Made by a program: the position numbers and the translations under genes. DNA of 63,593 nucleotides, filler included, from Octopus bimaculoides (Eukaryota), in the NCBI RefSeq assembly GCF_001194135.2. It is 6 parts of 6 records of this genome, joined end to end, with 100 filler letters (N's around TTAATTAATTAA, not from the genome) between each part and the next. Parts side by side here need not be neighbours in the genome. Positions count along the whole stretch, not along the records: positions 1 to 14,135 come from NC_069002.1; 5 more parts are not named here. One strand, 5' to 3'. This document shows, one piece after another, positions 1 through 11,433 of the stretch. How positions within the stretch are numbered: position 1 is the stretch's first letter; each line of letters starts with the position of its first letter. A model generated the notes under the pieces. The model saw only the letters and a list, made by a program, of their open reading frames with translations. It did no database searches and was not told the DNA's origin.

Positions 1-37
<37 letters not shown>

Positions 38-909
38 AGAAATATTATAAATTTATGGAATTACAAAATCCGAACTTACAGGGATATACAATTTAATAAT
101 ATCAAATTGAATAATATAATGAAAAATATACTAATAATTCAAAGAACCACCATACTGCAGCTTAACCGATGAAGGAGATCAGACACCATCAAGAAAAGCG
201 TACTAGTTTAAAAATCTAAAAGATCTAAGAGAAAATTTGTAATTCATAAAATCTACAAAATATTAGACTAAAAACTTTAATCAGTTAGGTAAAATAATAA
301 AAGCGAAAGTGAATGAAAGACAACGTGCGTTTCATCGCCACATAAAAGTGGAAAATATCTGGTCAATCTACAATGTGTGTTGGGGTGGGATGAGCTTATG
401 AGGGAGGGTTGACGATGAAGGGGGGGTGACGATGAAGGGGGAAGGGGAAGGTGGATATAAGAGAGGGGGAAGGTGGGTATGGGAGGAGGGAGAAAGCGAG
501 GAAGAGAGTAAGAGAGAGAGAGAGTAAGAGAGGAAGGGAGTAAGAGAAAGAGAGAGTAAGTGAGATGAGAGAAGAAGTGAGTAAGAGAGAGAGAGAGAGT
601 AAGAGAGAAAGAGTAGGGGTGAAGAAAAGTAGGAGTGAAGAGAAGTACAGAGAAGTAGGAGTCGGAGCAGGAGAGGTGGGTGGGAATAGAGGAGAGGAGA
701 GGTGGTTGGAAGGAAGTAGGAGGGAGGGCGGAGGGGGAGAGAGAAGCAGTTGGAGGGGGTTAGATGAAGAGGGGAGGGGAGCTGAGCCCATGTGGCGCAA
801 AGGAGCGAAGAGACAAGATTAATTCCTGTCCACGGCGCAACCGGGAGTCCGGATGGCCCCTGTGCAAGGACAATGCAAACACGGACAGGTGTTGCTGCAA
901 GGAGTGACC

Positions 910-942
<33 letters not shown>

Positions 943-955
943 TACACACACACAT

Positions 956-1016
<61 letters not shown>

Positions 1017-1274
1017 AATAAAAATAAATATACAAAATAAAAATTGAAAATAAAAATATATACAAAAAGAGTTTTGTATGATTGTGTATAGAGAAATATA
1101 TTATTTAAAAGAGTTCCAACTCTGTCTGTTTTTTGTTTTATTTATATTCTAATAAAATTAAATGGTAAAATGAGATGAAGTGTTGAATGTCTTATTGAAT
1201 ATATGAAATATTGAGTATTAAATATAGAAAATCAAATATATAAAGGCGAGTACGAACTTTCATGCCTATTGAAT

Positions 1275-1385
1275 GCTTTAGGTGTTTTCGCTCAATAAAC
1301 ACTCACAACGCCCGGTCTGGGAATCGAAACCGCGATCCTATGACCGCCAGTCCGCTGCCCTAACCACTGGGCCATTGCGCCTCCA
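1275..1385 (-). mobile_element. Head-only copy of the same SINE
   Basis: Near-identical to ~46480-46585. Confidence 0.85.
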
Positions 1386-3882
1386 CTACATTGTGTCTAA
1401 TGCTGTACCAATAAATCATATAATCCGGAAAGTTCTAAAAACTGTTCTGGATATATCATTAGGAGTTTCAACGTGGTTACTTGACCTAATCAAATCTTCA
1501 AATCTCACCCTACTGTCTTTAGCGAAAATGTATTATACGATTTCTTAGTTGATGTAGCTTTGGGAGTGATGTTTGAAAAGAATGCAGCATGGTCAAAATT
1601 AAAATGCTTTTAATCATAGATCTGGCACAGCATTGCCGATCAGAGTTATCGATAAATAACATGATAATCAAGAGTGTCCATAGCTGAATGTAAGTCCACA
1701 GATGGATGTTACGTACACTTATAGGCGAATCCAGGACTTCGCAATCACGAAGTTCCGAGTTTGATCTCTCAACGTGGCATCAGAGGCAAATATCTTTTAT
1801 CCTAGCTTCTGTTCGACCCGTGCCTTGAGAAATTTGGTTGACGGTTCTACGCAGAAACTTATCGTGTGTGTGCGCGAGTGTATGCGCGCGCGCGCGCGCG
1901 TATGTATATGAGAGGGAGGGGAGAGAGAGGGAGGGGGAGAGAGAGAGGGAGGGAGAGAGAGAGAGAAAGAAAGAGGGAGGGAAGGAGAGAGAGAGAGAGA
2001 GAGAGAGAGAGTGCGTTGAGAAAGCAGTTTGATGGCCACTTCTGACACTCAAGTAACTACGAATAGATTCTTGTTGTTTCCGGTATAATGTTAGTGATGA
2101 TGATTTCTCAGGAGTCCTGATCTTGCAGATCAAAGATTGAAGATATATTCAAAGTAATATTACATCGTCCTTACGCAATTGATTGTACAAGTAACTACAT
2201 GTTAAGATATTGCCTTTAACTTGAAACAATTCGTTCTTCTACTTCAATTCTTTACAAATTTGTTCAATATTTCTCACATAAATTCTATAGAATCAACATA
2301 CAATCAACTATTGATCATTAATGATATTATTTCATATAACGGCCATTGATTGATTAGACTATTACAGAGCAAAATGTTCGCTTTGAACTGAATAAACATA
2401 TATTTGAACATACACATGCAATCGATTACAAGTACAGCTGAAACACACACACACACAAATTCACGTATCAATAAACACCAAAAGTTGTCCTGAATTAAAC
2501 AAAAGCGACTTGCTTCTTTGTTGCTGACTGGCTGAATGCTACATAGGAAATAAAAATATTGTCACAAAGAAAGAAGTATGCTTATATATATATGCGCAAG
2601 TGTGGTTATGTGTTAAGAAACTTGCTTCACAACAACGTGGTTCCGAGTTCTGAGACTGCGTGATACCTTGGGCAAGTGTCTTCTATTATAGCATCGAACC
2701 GAACAAAGCCTTGTAAGTGGATTTGGCAAACGGAAACTAAAAGAAGCCTGTCATATATATATATGTTTGTGTGTGTGTATGTGTGTGTGTGTGTATTCGT
2801 CCCACACCACCGCTTAACAACCGGTGTTGGTGTGTTTTCCTCCCTGTAATTTGAATGAGTTATACTCTAATTTCATTAATTGCTAAATACTTATAACTTT
2901 GTCTTTGGTCCAGATCGCTTATTTATGTTTCTTTATATAGCAAGGCATTATTTTTACCTCTCGTGAAGGTTGCTTTGGCATATTTTACTAAACCAAAATT
3001 CCTATCAACTTCTATAGTTAATAAATTTACTGTTTTTTATGGTATATCCAGTCATTTCGTGCCGTCGAGTAGAACTTGAGGACATCTATAAACAGATGTT
3101 TTATTGCCCTCTTATAGCATATGTACTGTCGTACTTCAAGTATAAAACTGATTTCTTTGGAATATTTTATCAACATAAGGAAAGCTTTGAAAAATTTCAA
3201 TCTTCAGCCCCACTTACTTTGAGTTGGAAAAATAAAGTTGTCCTTGGACATTATCATATTCTATATTTGATAAACATTCGTTTACTAGTGTTTCAGTGGG
3301 GCTTCATTTTCTGGGATAGGGTCACGGGTACAAGCGACAAAGGTAACAGCGCCAAATGCTCCCTTAAGCAAAAAGTTTGTGGAAACATTAACACAGAACT
3401 TTAGACAAATATTAAAAGGAAACTGAACAATAGCGAAGAAGCAGACATGCAAACGCTACGATAGCAGAAGTATTGAAACGAAAAACTGATAGATCTGCTG
3501 AACGAAATGAAGCGAGAGGAAAGAAATGGTGTAATATTTGTGAAAGAGTCGGGCTCCGATTTTATGAAACCGTTATATGAGAAACTACTAATGAAAACCA
3601 TACGAGAAGTTTATGAACAGCCGAAGTGCAACTAAACAATAAGACGAAAGAGATTTCTCATTCAGATTAACGCCAAAAGTGCTCATAGGAATCGTCAAAC
3701 TACCAGTTTCAGAAAAAGTGAAAAATGATTGGAGCAAAGGGGTACTCTTATGTGAATAAAGAGAGCTTTTGATCTTTATATAAGTGGATTACTCTTATTT
3801 GCAGTATCTGTATGTGTATATAGGAAAGAAGAGCGTCGTAGTTTGCTTGAAATATTGTTGTACAGAGGTAATATCATAAATG

Positions 3883-4134
3883 AAATGAGAAAAACTTCTA
3901 GCAACTGAGAGATGAAAGTTTAAAAACCTTTCTATATTTCGGGTTCAAAGGTCCATATTCAGAAGAGTACAGTCAAAGAAATGTGTGTCTACGTAGATCC
4001 TGCCATCCAGATAGCAAGATCTATGCAGACACACATTTCTTTGACTGTACTCTTCTGAAGATGGACCTTTGAACCCGAAATATAGAAAGGTTTTTAAACT
4101 TTCAACTTTCAGTTGTCAGAAGCTTTCCTCATTT
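3883..4134. mobile_element. Long palindrome (~117-bp arms, 18-nt loop) with a Penelope-type hammerhead motif in each arm
   Basis: 3883-3999 is the reverse complement of 4018-4134 with few mismatches. On the + strand, CTGAAGA(4055-4061)...GAAATATA(4077-4084). Confidence 0.75.
4050..4090 (+). ncRNA. Candidate minimal type I hammerhead ribozyme
   Basis: CUGAAGA-U-GG...CC-GAAA-U-AUA^GAAAG. Stem III is the palindrome AUAU; stems I and II are weak. Confidence 0.5.
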
Positions 4135-4193
4135 TATATATTATTCTACATATATATACTTATATACATACACACGCACATACACACACACAC

Positions 4194-4246
<53 letters not shown>

Positions 4247-5398
4247 NNNNNNNNNNNNNNNNNNNNNNNNNNNNNNNNNNNNNNNNNNNNNNNNNNNNNN
4301 NNNNNNNNNNNNNNNNNNNNNNNNNNNNNNNNNNNNNNNNNNNNNNNNNNNNNNNNNNNNNNNNNNNNNNNNNNNNNNNNNNNNNNNNNNNNNNNNNNNN
4401 NNNNNNNNNNNNNNNNNNNNNNNNNNNNNNNNNNNNNNNNNNNNNNNNNNNNNNNNNNNNNNNNNNNNNNNNNNNNNNNNNNNNNNNNNNNNNNNNNNNN
4501 NNNNNNNNNNNNNNNNNNNNNNNNNNNNNNNNNNNNNNNNNNNNNNNNNNNNNNNNNNNNNNNNNNNNNNNNNNNNNNNNNNNNNNNNNNNNNNNNNNNN
4601 NNNNNNNNNNNNNNNNNNNNNNNNNNNNNNNNNNNNNNNNNNNNNNNNNNNNNNNNNNNNNNNNNNNNNNNNNNNNNNNNNNNNNNNNNNNNNNNNNNNN
4701 NNNNNNNNNNNNNNNNNNNNNNNNNNNNNNNNNNNNNNNNNNNNNNNNNNNNNNNNNNNNNNNNNNNNNNNNNNNNNNNNNNNNNNNNNNNNNNNNNNNN
4801 NNNNNNNNNNNNNNNNNNNNNNNNNNNNNNNNNNNNNNNNNNNNNNNNNNNNNNNNNNNNNNNNNNNNNNNNNNNNNNNNNNNNNNNNNNNNNNNNNNNN
4901 NNNNNNNNNNNNNNNNNNNNNNNNNNNNNNNNNNNNNNNNNNNNNNNNNNNNNNNNNNNNNNNNNNNNNNNNNNNNNNNNNNNNNNNNNNNNNNNNNNNN
5001 NNNNNNNNNNNNNNNNNNNNNNNNNNNNNNNNNNNNNNNNNNNNNNNNNNNNNNNNNNNNNNNNNNNNNNNNNNNNNNNNNNNNNNNNNNNNNNNNNNNN
5101 NNNNNNNNNNNNNNNNNNNNNNNNNNNNNNNNNNNNNNNNNNNNNNNNNNNNNNNNNNNNNNNNNNNNNNNNNNNNNNNNNNNNNNNNNNNNNNNNNNNN
5201 NNNNNNNNNNNNNNNNNNACGTTAGCACGCCGGGGTCGACTTTGCCTTTCATCCTTTCGGGGTCGATCAAATAAGTTCCAGTTACGCACTGGGGTCGGTA
5301 TAATCGACTTAATCCATTTGTCTGTCCTTGTTTGTTCCCTCTGTGTGTAGCCCCTTGTGGGTAGTAAAGAAATAACACACATACACACACACACACAT

Positions 5399-5436
<38 letters not shown>

Positions 5437-5977
5437 CCACGCATTCATACATCTGGTACATAAGCACACACATACACGCATCCACGCATTCATACATCTA
5501 GTACACTAACACACACACACATATCCACGCATTCATACATCTGGTAAGCAAACGCACACGCACACACGTTCTCGCCGATCTGCTTCTAAGAACTCCCAAG
5601 TCCCCACAAAGGCCTACCAGACACCAAGGCGGCACCAGCTTCCTGTCCAGCCACGTGGTCCAAGAAATTCTTCTTTCCAATGCATCTGGTGTTGCTGAAA
5701 TGCCGATCTCACTTCGAAAACAACATCATGTGACGCGCCTTGACCAATAGCAGCTCATTTCCCAGTAGCCATTTTGGAATTCCTATGTTTCTTTATTCGG
5801 TAGTGTGAGCCTGAACAAGCCAGGTTTCTAATAGTAGCCTGCGAAACTTTATATCGCATTGAGCCGAATCAAACTGTTTTAAATAGTAATTTATTCAACT
5901 TCTACTAATGTGCTCTTTTTTTATATTTGTCCACTCACTCATATGTGTGCATGTGCGTGTGCATGCGTGCATATGTA

Positions 5978-6019
<42 letters not shown>

Positions 6020-6034
6020 ATATGTATATATGTG

Positions 6035-6101
<67 letters not shown>

Positions 6102-7339
6102 ACATATATATATATATATNNNNNNNNNNNNNNNNNNNNNNNNNNNNNNNNNNNNNNNNNNNNNNNNNNNNNNNNNNNNNNNNNNNNNNNNNNNNNNNNN
6201 NNNNNNNNNNNNNNNNNNNNNNNNNNNNNNNNNNNNNNNNNNNNNNNNNNNNNNNNNNNNNNNNNNNNNNNNNNNNNNNNNNNNNNNNNNNNNNNNNNNN
6301 NNNNNNNNNNNNNNNNNNNNNNNNNNNNNNNNNNNNNNNNNNNNNNNNNNNNNNNNNNNNNNNNNNNNNNNNNNNNNNNNNNNNNNNNNNNNNNNNNNNN
6401 NNNNNNNNNNNNNNNNNNNNNNNNNNNNNNNNNNNNNNNNNNNNNNNNNNNNNNNNNNNNNNNNNNNNNNNTATATATATACATATATACGACGGGCTTC
6501 TTTCAGTTTCCGTCTACCAAATCCACTCACAAGGCTTTGGTCGGCCTGAGGCTATAGTAGAAGACATTTGCCCAAGATGCCACGCAGTGGGACTGAACCC
6601 GGAACCATGTGGTTGGTAAGCAAGCTACTTACCACACAGCCACTCCTGCGCCTATATATATATATATATATATGCACATATATATATAGATAAGTACATA
6701 TATATGTGTGTGTACATGTATGCATATATGTATGTATAGATCTATATACGTATATATATGTTTGTGTGTGTGTATGTATACATATATATACGTATGTATG
6801 TATGTATGTATATATATGTATCTCTTGGAGACCGAAAGCTATTAAACTATAGCTGTATGTCTTATGTCACTGGTGTGATATTTTCTTATTTACTTCAGAT
6901 TGATGTAATAATGAAAGTCAGTTTTAAATTTCACTTCTGATAGTAATTAACGTTGTTCTGTATACATGAGTTAATTGTTTCTATATTTGCTGTGGCTTAT
7001 TAAAATATATACGTGTATTGTTACGTTTTACGAAATGTTATGATGAAACCATTAAATGAACATTAAATAGATATAACCTACAACACCTGGAGACTTACTG
7101 AACTTATCTCAACTACTATTAGGGAATGCTCAAGCCTCTCCCTGCAACTCAGTCGACCAGGGAAAGTTACCATATGTGTTCCAAACCCTATATAAAATAA
7201 GCTCTCTACCGTTGTATTTTCTTTTGTCCATCCTGTATCTCACTACAGATATATTGCCGTCTGACAGAAATTATTTTGGATAAGTTGACCTTTTCTTCAC
7301 TAATATCTTCTGACTTTTCTCCCCTTTTCGAATACTTAC

Positions 7340-7411
7340 CAACAAATTTGCGTATGTATCTCTAATCTAAAATAGGAACAATTTCTAATCGTCGCTTCCT
7401 TTTCAGTATTT
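7340..7411 (-). CDS. Possible 72-nt internal exon of the same gene
   Basis: Acceptor atttccattacctcag and strong donor TG|GTAAGTAT. One open frame (NTEKEATIRNCSYFRLEIHTQIC). Confidence 0.35.
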
Positions 7412-7478
7412 CTGAGGTAATGGAAATATTTATTAAAGGTCAATATTTGATAAGCTTGACTGTCTTAGCAACGTTCAC

Positions 7479-7714
7479 ACACTGGTAGAACCATCACATC
7501 TTTCATCCACTTTACACACAGACGTCGATGAATTTGAGACTACTGTGATAGATTTCATTAAAAACGATCCTTGAAACACGTTTCCTGAAACTCCAAATTT
7601 GCTTTCACTCCTACGTCTTTCACATTCCGCCTCCAAGAGATTCTTAGTAAAGCTAAGCATGACTTCCTCTGAACCACGTGGGGCAGGGTCTTCACAAAAT
7701 TGCACAAGGTTCAT
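7479..7714 (-). CDS. Possible first coding exon of an unidentified gene divergent from the methyltransferase
   Basis: aaacaATG start context and a 79-codon, non-repetitive ORF (MNLVQFCEDPAPRGSEEV...). A phase-2 donor GT|GTGAAC at 7478 would join the exon at 7411-7340 in frame. Confidence 0.35.
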
Positions 7715-7857
7715 TGTTTAAGGAGAGAGTCACAATCGTTTCTTTGACTCTCCGAGTTCCTAGTCGTATAACTAGTTGAACCCTAGGCCCTAATCGTAGC
7801 TACAACAGTATTTCTTTGAAATTCAACAAATGCATCTGATTATACACATCTCACTCA

Positions 7858-7908
<51 letters not shown>

Positions 7909-8536
7909 ACACACACGTGAATGCGCGCGCCCACACCTCTCTAAATCAATGAATTGTTCCTATGCTCTATACAAAGCATTTCGACCAATCATTTCGCCAT
8001 AAGACAGAATTTCCCAGCACGCAACTATCCTCCTGTTCCTACACCCACCCATCAACATTATAAATGACAGCAATATATGACAGACTGATGAATAGTTGAG
8101 GAACAATTGACAGAAATCCTTGACTCTGTCGTGGCTGGAAATAGTTATAGTTGATTGTAAGTATAGTAAGAAAAGAAGAACTCTCAAAGAGCCAAATTTG
8201 TAAAGTGGATTCCATCATACTTCATTTCACTTTCAGCCTCTACAATATACATTCTGAAGAAGAGTTTCTGTTCATTTACTGAAAATTTTGTTTTCTCTTT
8301 TTTCTTTCCAATTTTTTTTCTTTGATAACAACGAAATTTTTAATCGTTGTACTGATTAGCAGTGGTGACAGGACAGTACACGAGTGATAACAGACAGCGC
8401 TATGGGACATCGGTGGCAATATATTCGCTCAAACCAAATATTTTGCTGACGTTATTACTTATTTCACTCTTTCATTCTGTTCTAGTATTGGTTTTATTTG
8501 ATTTTTCTGTACTTTTCCAGTTAATTGGATCAAATC

Positions 8537-8695
8537 ATGCTCGAACAAAAGGCCGCAGAAGAATACATTAAGGCAGTCGGCAATGACGATAAAAATGCTT
8601 ACAGCAGAAATCTTAACGCGCACCACAAAGGAATCAGCCGGGAAGAGATGACAGAGTCCTATAGCGATTGGATAACAAATGGCAATTATGAAGAA
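8537..8695 (+). CDS. METTL27: METTL27/WBSCR27-like methyltransferase, first coding exon
   Basis: Polypyrimidine acceptor ending ttttccag at 8520, then ATG at 8537. 53 codons MLEQKAAEEY...EEMTESYSDWITNGNYEE, then donor gtaaga at 8696 (phase 0). The Y-x-x-W-x(3-4)-Y-E/D-x-D pattern across the junction matches the N-terminus of this family (from family knowledge). Confidence 0.8.
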
Positions 8696-8700
8696 GTAAG

Positions 8701-9900
8701 AATTATTATTATTATCATATCATCATCATTATTATTATTTTCATATACACACAACAGATAAGACTGTTGGAAGAGAGAAAAATACTAACATCAAGCTACA
8801 ACAAGTAAGCTTAGATGCCAAGAACCCTCCTAAGTATCCTAGCTGTCTTTAATAACACTGTTTTCTGGAGCTGTATTAAACTGGGTTTTATGCCTATTTC
8901 CTCTATCCATCTTATCAGATCTTTATAGATAGTTCCCAATGCACCTATAACTACTGGGATACATTTTACCTGCACTTTCCATAGTTTCTGAAATTCCATG
9001 GCTAGGTCCTGGTATTTTTTCTATTTTCTCTATACCTTTCGTATTGATTTTTTCATCATTTGGGACTATAAAGTCAATTATCTGGCACTTTATATGCTCT
9101 TTATCTTCCACTACTGAATCAGGCCTTCTGGCTTCTATTACTCTGTCAGTCTGAATGTTGAAGTCCCACAACATCTTGCATTTCTTAGCTTCTAGTACTT
9201 TACTAGGTTCATGTTCATACCATTTATTAGTATGTTCAAATCCTACCTTTCTACATAACACCCAGTGGATTGCTCTCTCTAGATTGTCATGTCTTTTCTT
9301 GTATTCTTTCTGTGCCAAAATGTGACATTCACTTACTATATGAGTAACACTTTCCTCTTTTGATTTGCATAACCTACATTGAAAATCTATTTGGTATTTG
9401 TCTATCTTGGCTTTTATCCAATTAGTCCTTAATGCTTCAACTTGTGCAACTGCTAACAAACTTTCTGTCTTCCTTTCTGCAGCCATAACCATGTCTCACT
9501 ACTACTACTTGCTGCAACTATCTTTGGGAATCTACTATGCAACGCCTCCCCCTGCCAGTCAGATAATTTCTGTTCTTTTTTTTTTCTGGTTTTTAACTTC
9601 GTTTGGGATTTTGGTTTCCTTATGTCTTGCTGTGACTCTAGCAGTTTTTAATAAACTTCCTTCACTATTACCTACATAGGAGTCTATATCTACTCTAACT
9701 AACTCCACGCAGTCTTCTACTGATATTAACCCTCTTCCGCCTTCCTTTCTAGGTAAGTATAATCTTGCTATCCCTGCCTTTGGCTGGAGTCCTCTATTCA
9801 TATTGAATTCCTTCCTAGTTCTTCTGTCTAGTTTTGCTAATTCAATTTTTGTCCAGTCTAAAAAAAATGGTCTTTTAACATATACCATGTTTATCTTAAG
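8701..9900 (-). mobile_element. 5'-truncated R4/Dong-clade non-LTR retrotransposon (RT C-terminus, CCHC knuckle, restriction-like endonuclease)
   Basis: RLYLPRKEGGRGL, CRLCKSKEESVTHIVSEC, RHD, LWDFNIQTDRVIEARRPD and IPVVIGALG...LQKTVLLKTARILRRVL motifs across frameshifts. 3' end in a TAA/TGA tract. Confidence 0.92.
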
Positions 9901-10084
9901 CTATAATTAGTACATATTTAAACTGAAATTGATCTCTCACCTTAATGTATAATCTTCCTGGGAAAACTAAAATTTTTAATTTTATCCATGGATGGCATAT
10001 AGTTTTACTTAATTTTTTTTCATATCACTTTTGCTATTGCTGTCATATATATATTATGGAATAATTACTATTAAGCATTGTGTA

Positions 10085-10470
10085 GAATATATATATCGTC
10101 CCCCATAAAACCTCTTTCGCCATTGCAATCAGGCATATAAAAACTATCTGCCCTTTTCGTCTAAAAGACGGTGGCGTGGCGATCTTCTCGATGGATTCCG
10201 TTGATAGCCGGATCCGTCCCACACGCGACAACAGGTGATCGACATAGACCCACACGTCAGAATGCAGGACAGTTTCGGATATGCTCGGGGACGGCACTTC
10301 CGTGCCTGTAGAGTTTATCTCGAACAGGCAAAGCTTCCCGGTAGCCCTACCATGCCAGAGATTTCTGGAAGTTATCCACCGGTCTCAGGCTGATGGTTCT
10401 CCGGAGGAGAGCGGTTAGCTGACCGTCCTCGACGTCCAAGGTCACCCCAAGAACGTCATCGCGCTTTCCT
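10085..10470 (-). mobile_element. L1/Tx1-type LINE ORF2 C-terminal fragment
   Basis: GC-rich block translating, with frameshifts, to QKSLAW.GYREALPVRDKLYRHGS and ETVLH..VWVYVDHLLSRVGRIRLSTESI...FICLIAMAKEVLW. This resembles the zf-RVT region. Confidence 0.65.
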
Positions 10471-10804
10471 CTACTAATCCTCTATAATGATAATAAATGA
10501 TCTCAGTTAGTTTCGGTGATGAATATTCAGTATTTCGATCAACTGATGTATCTACTGTTTGAATGAACGTGTTTGTGGGCTGAGTATTTCTCGAATGGGA
10601 GAATCTTCAATATAATCTTTCAGCAGTAACCAATATGATTCAGTGTGTGACAAAGCTGGACCTTTGAATTACAGCTACAGTCCATCTAATGGGCTTCCAT
10701 ACAGTTTCTATCTATCCATTTCTAATCACAAGAGAGCTAATTGTTAAAGAACATCGAAGTTGTGAAGAAATGGCTCACCAATTTGGCTACTTCGCATATC
10801 AATG

Positions 10805-10918
<114 letters not shown>

Positions 10919-11301
10919 CACGCATACGCGCACGCCCACTCAGGCATATTTCCGCGCACACAATTATAATGACGTTTACTCTTTTTACTCTCTTTTACTT
11001 GTTTCAGTCATTTGACTGCGGTCATACTGGAGCATTGCCTTTAGTCGAGCAAATCGACCCCAGGACTTATTCTTTGGAAGCCTAGTACTTATTCTATCGG
11101 TCTCTTTTGCCGAATCGCTAAGTTACGGGGACGTAAACACACCACCATCGGTTGTCAAACGATGCTGGGGGACGACAAACACAGACACAAGCATATACAC
11201 ACATACATATATATACATATATACGACGGGTGAATATTGCTTTAAATCATCTATCGGAATATTACATATATATGAATCTTTTTCTTTCGTATATTTCTTA
11301 G

Positions 11302-11433
11302 GATTTGGGTCCAAATCGATACAGAGGTCCAGTATACGCAAGTCAGGCCTTAGCAAATTTATATGAGGACAATGTAAGAGCGTCTACACGAATTCTTGAC
11401 GTTGCAGCTGGCAGTGGTCTTCTTGGAGAAAAG
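11302..11433 (+). CDS. METTL27: METTL27/WBSCR27-like methyltransferase, second coding exon (SAM-binding motif I)
   Basis: Acceptor tttcttag and donor gtaaga, phase 0/0, in frame with exon 1. Encodes DLGPNRYRGPVYASQALANLYEDNVRASTRILDVAAGSGLLGEK, containing class I methyltransferase motif I (ILDVAAGSG). Confidence 0.88.

Noticed and set aside
368-1065. Long ORFs with YI, CV, HT, SL or poly-amino-acid content (here and throughout the ORF track, including gap-spanning ORFs)
   Set aside because: They are translations of microsatellites or N runs, with no protein-like complexity.
3380-3880. Possible GIY-YIG endonuclease remnant next to the palindrome
   Set aside because: Many stops and no recognisable GIY-YIG motif; only a CxxC.
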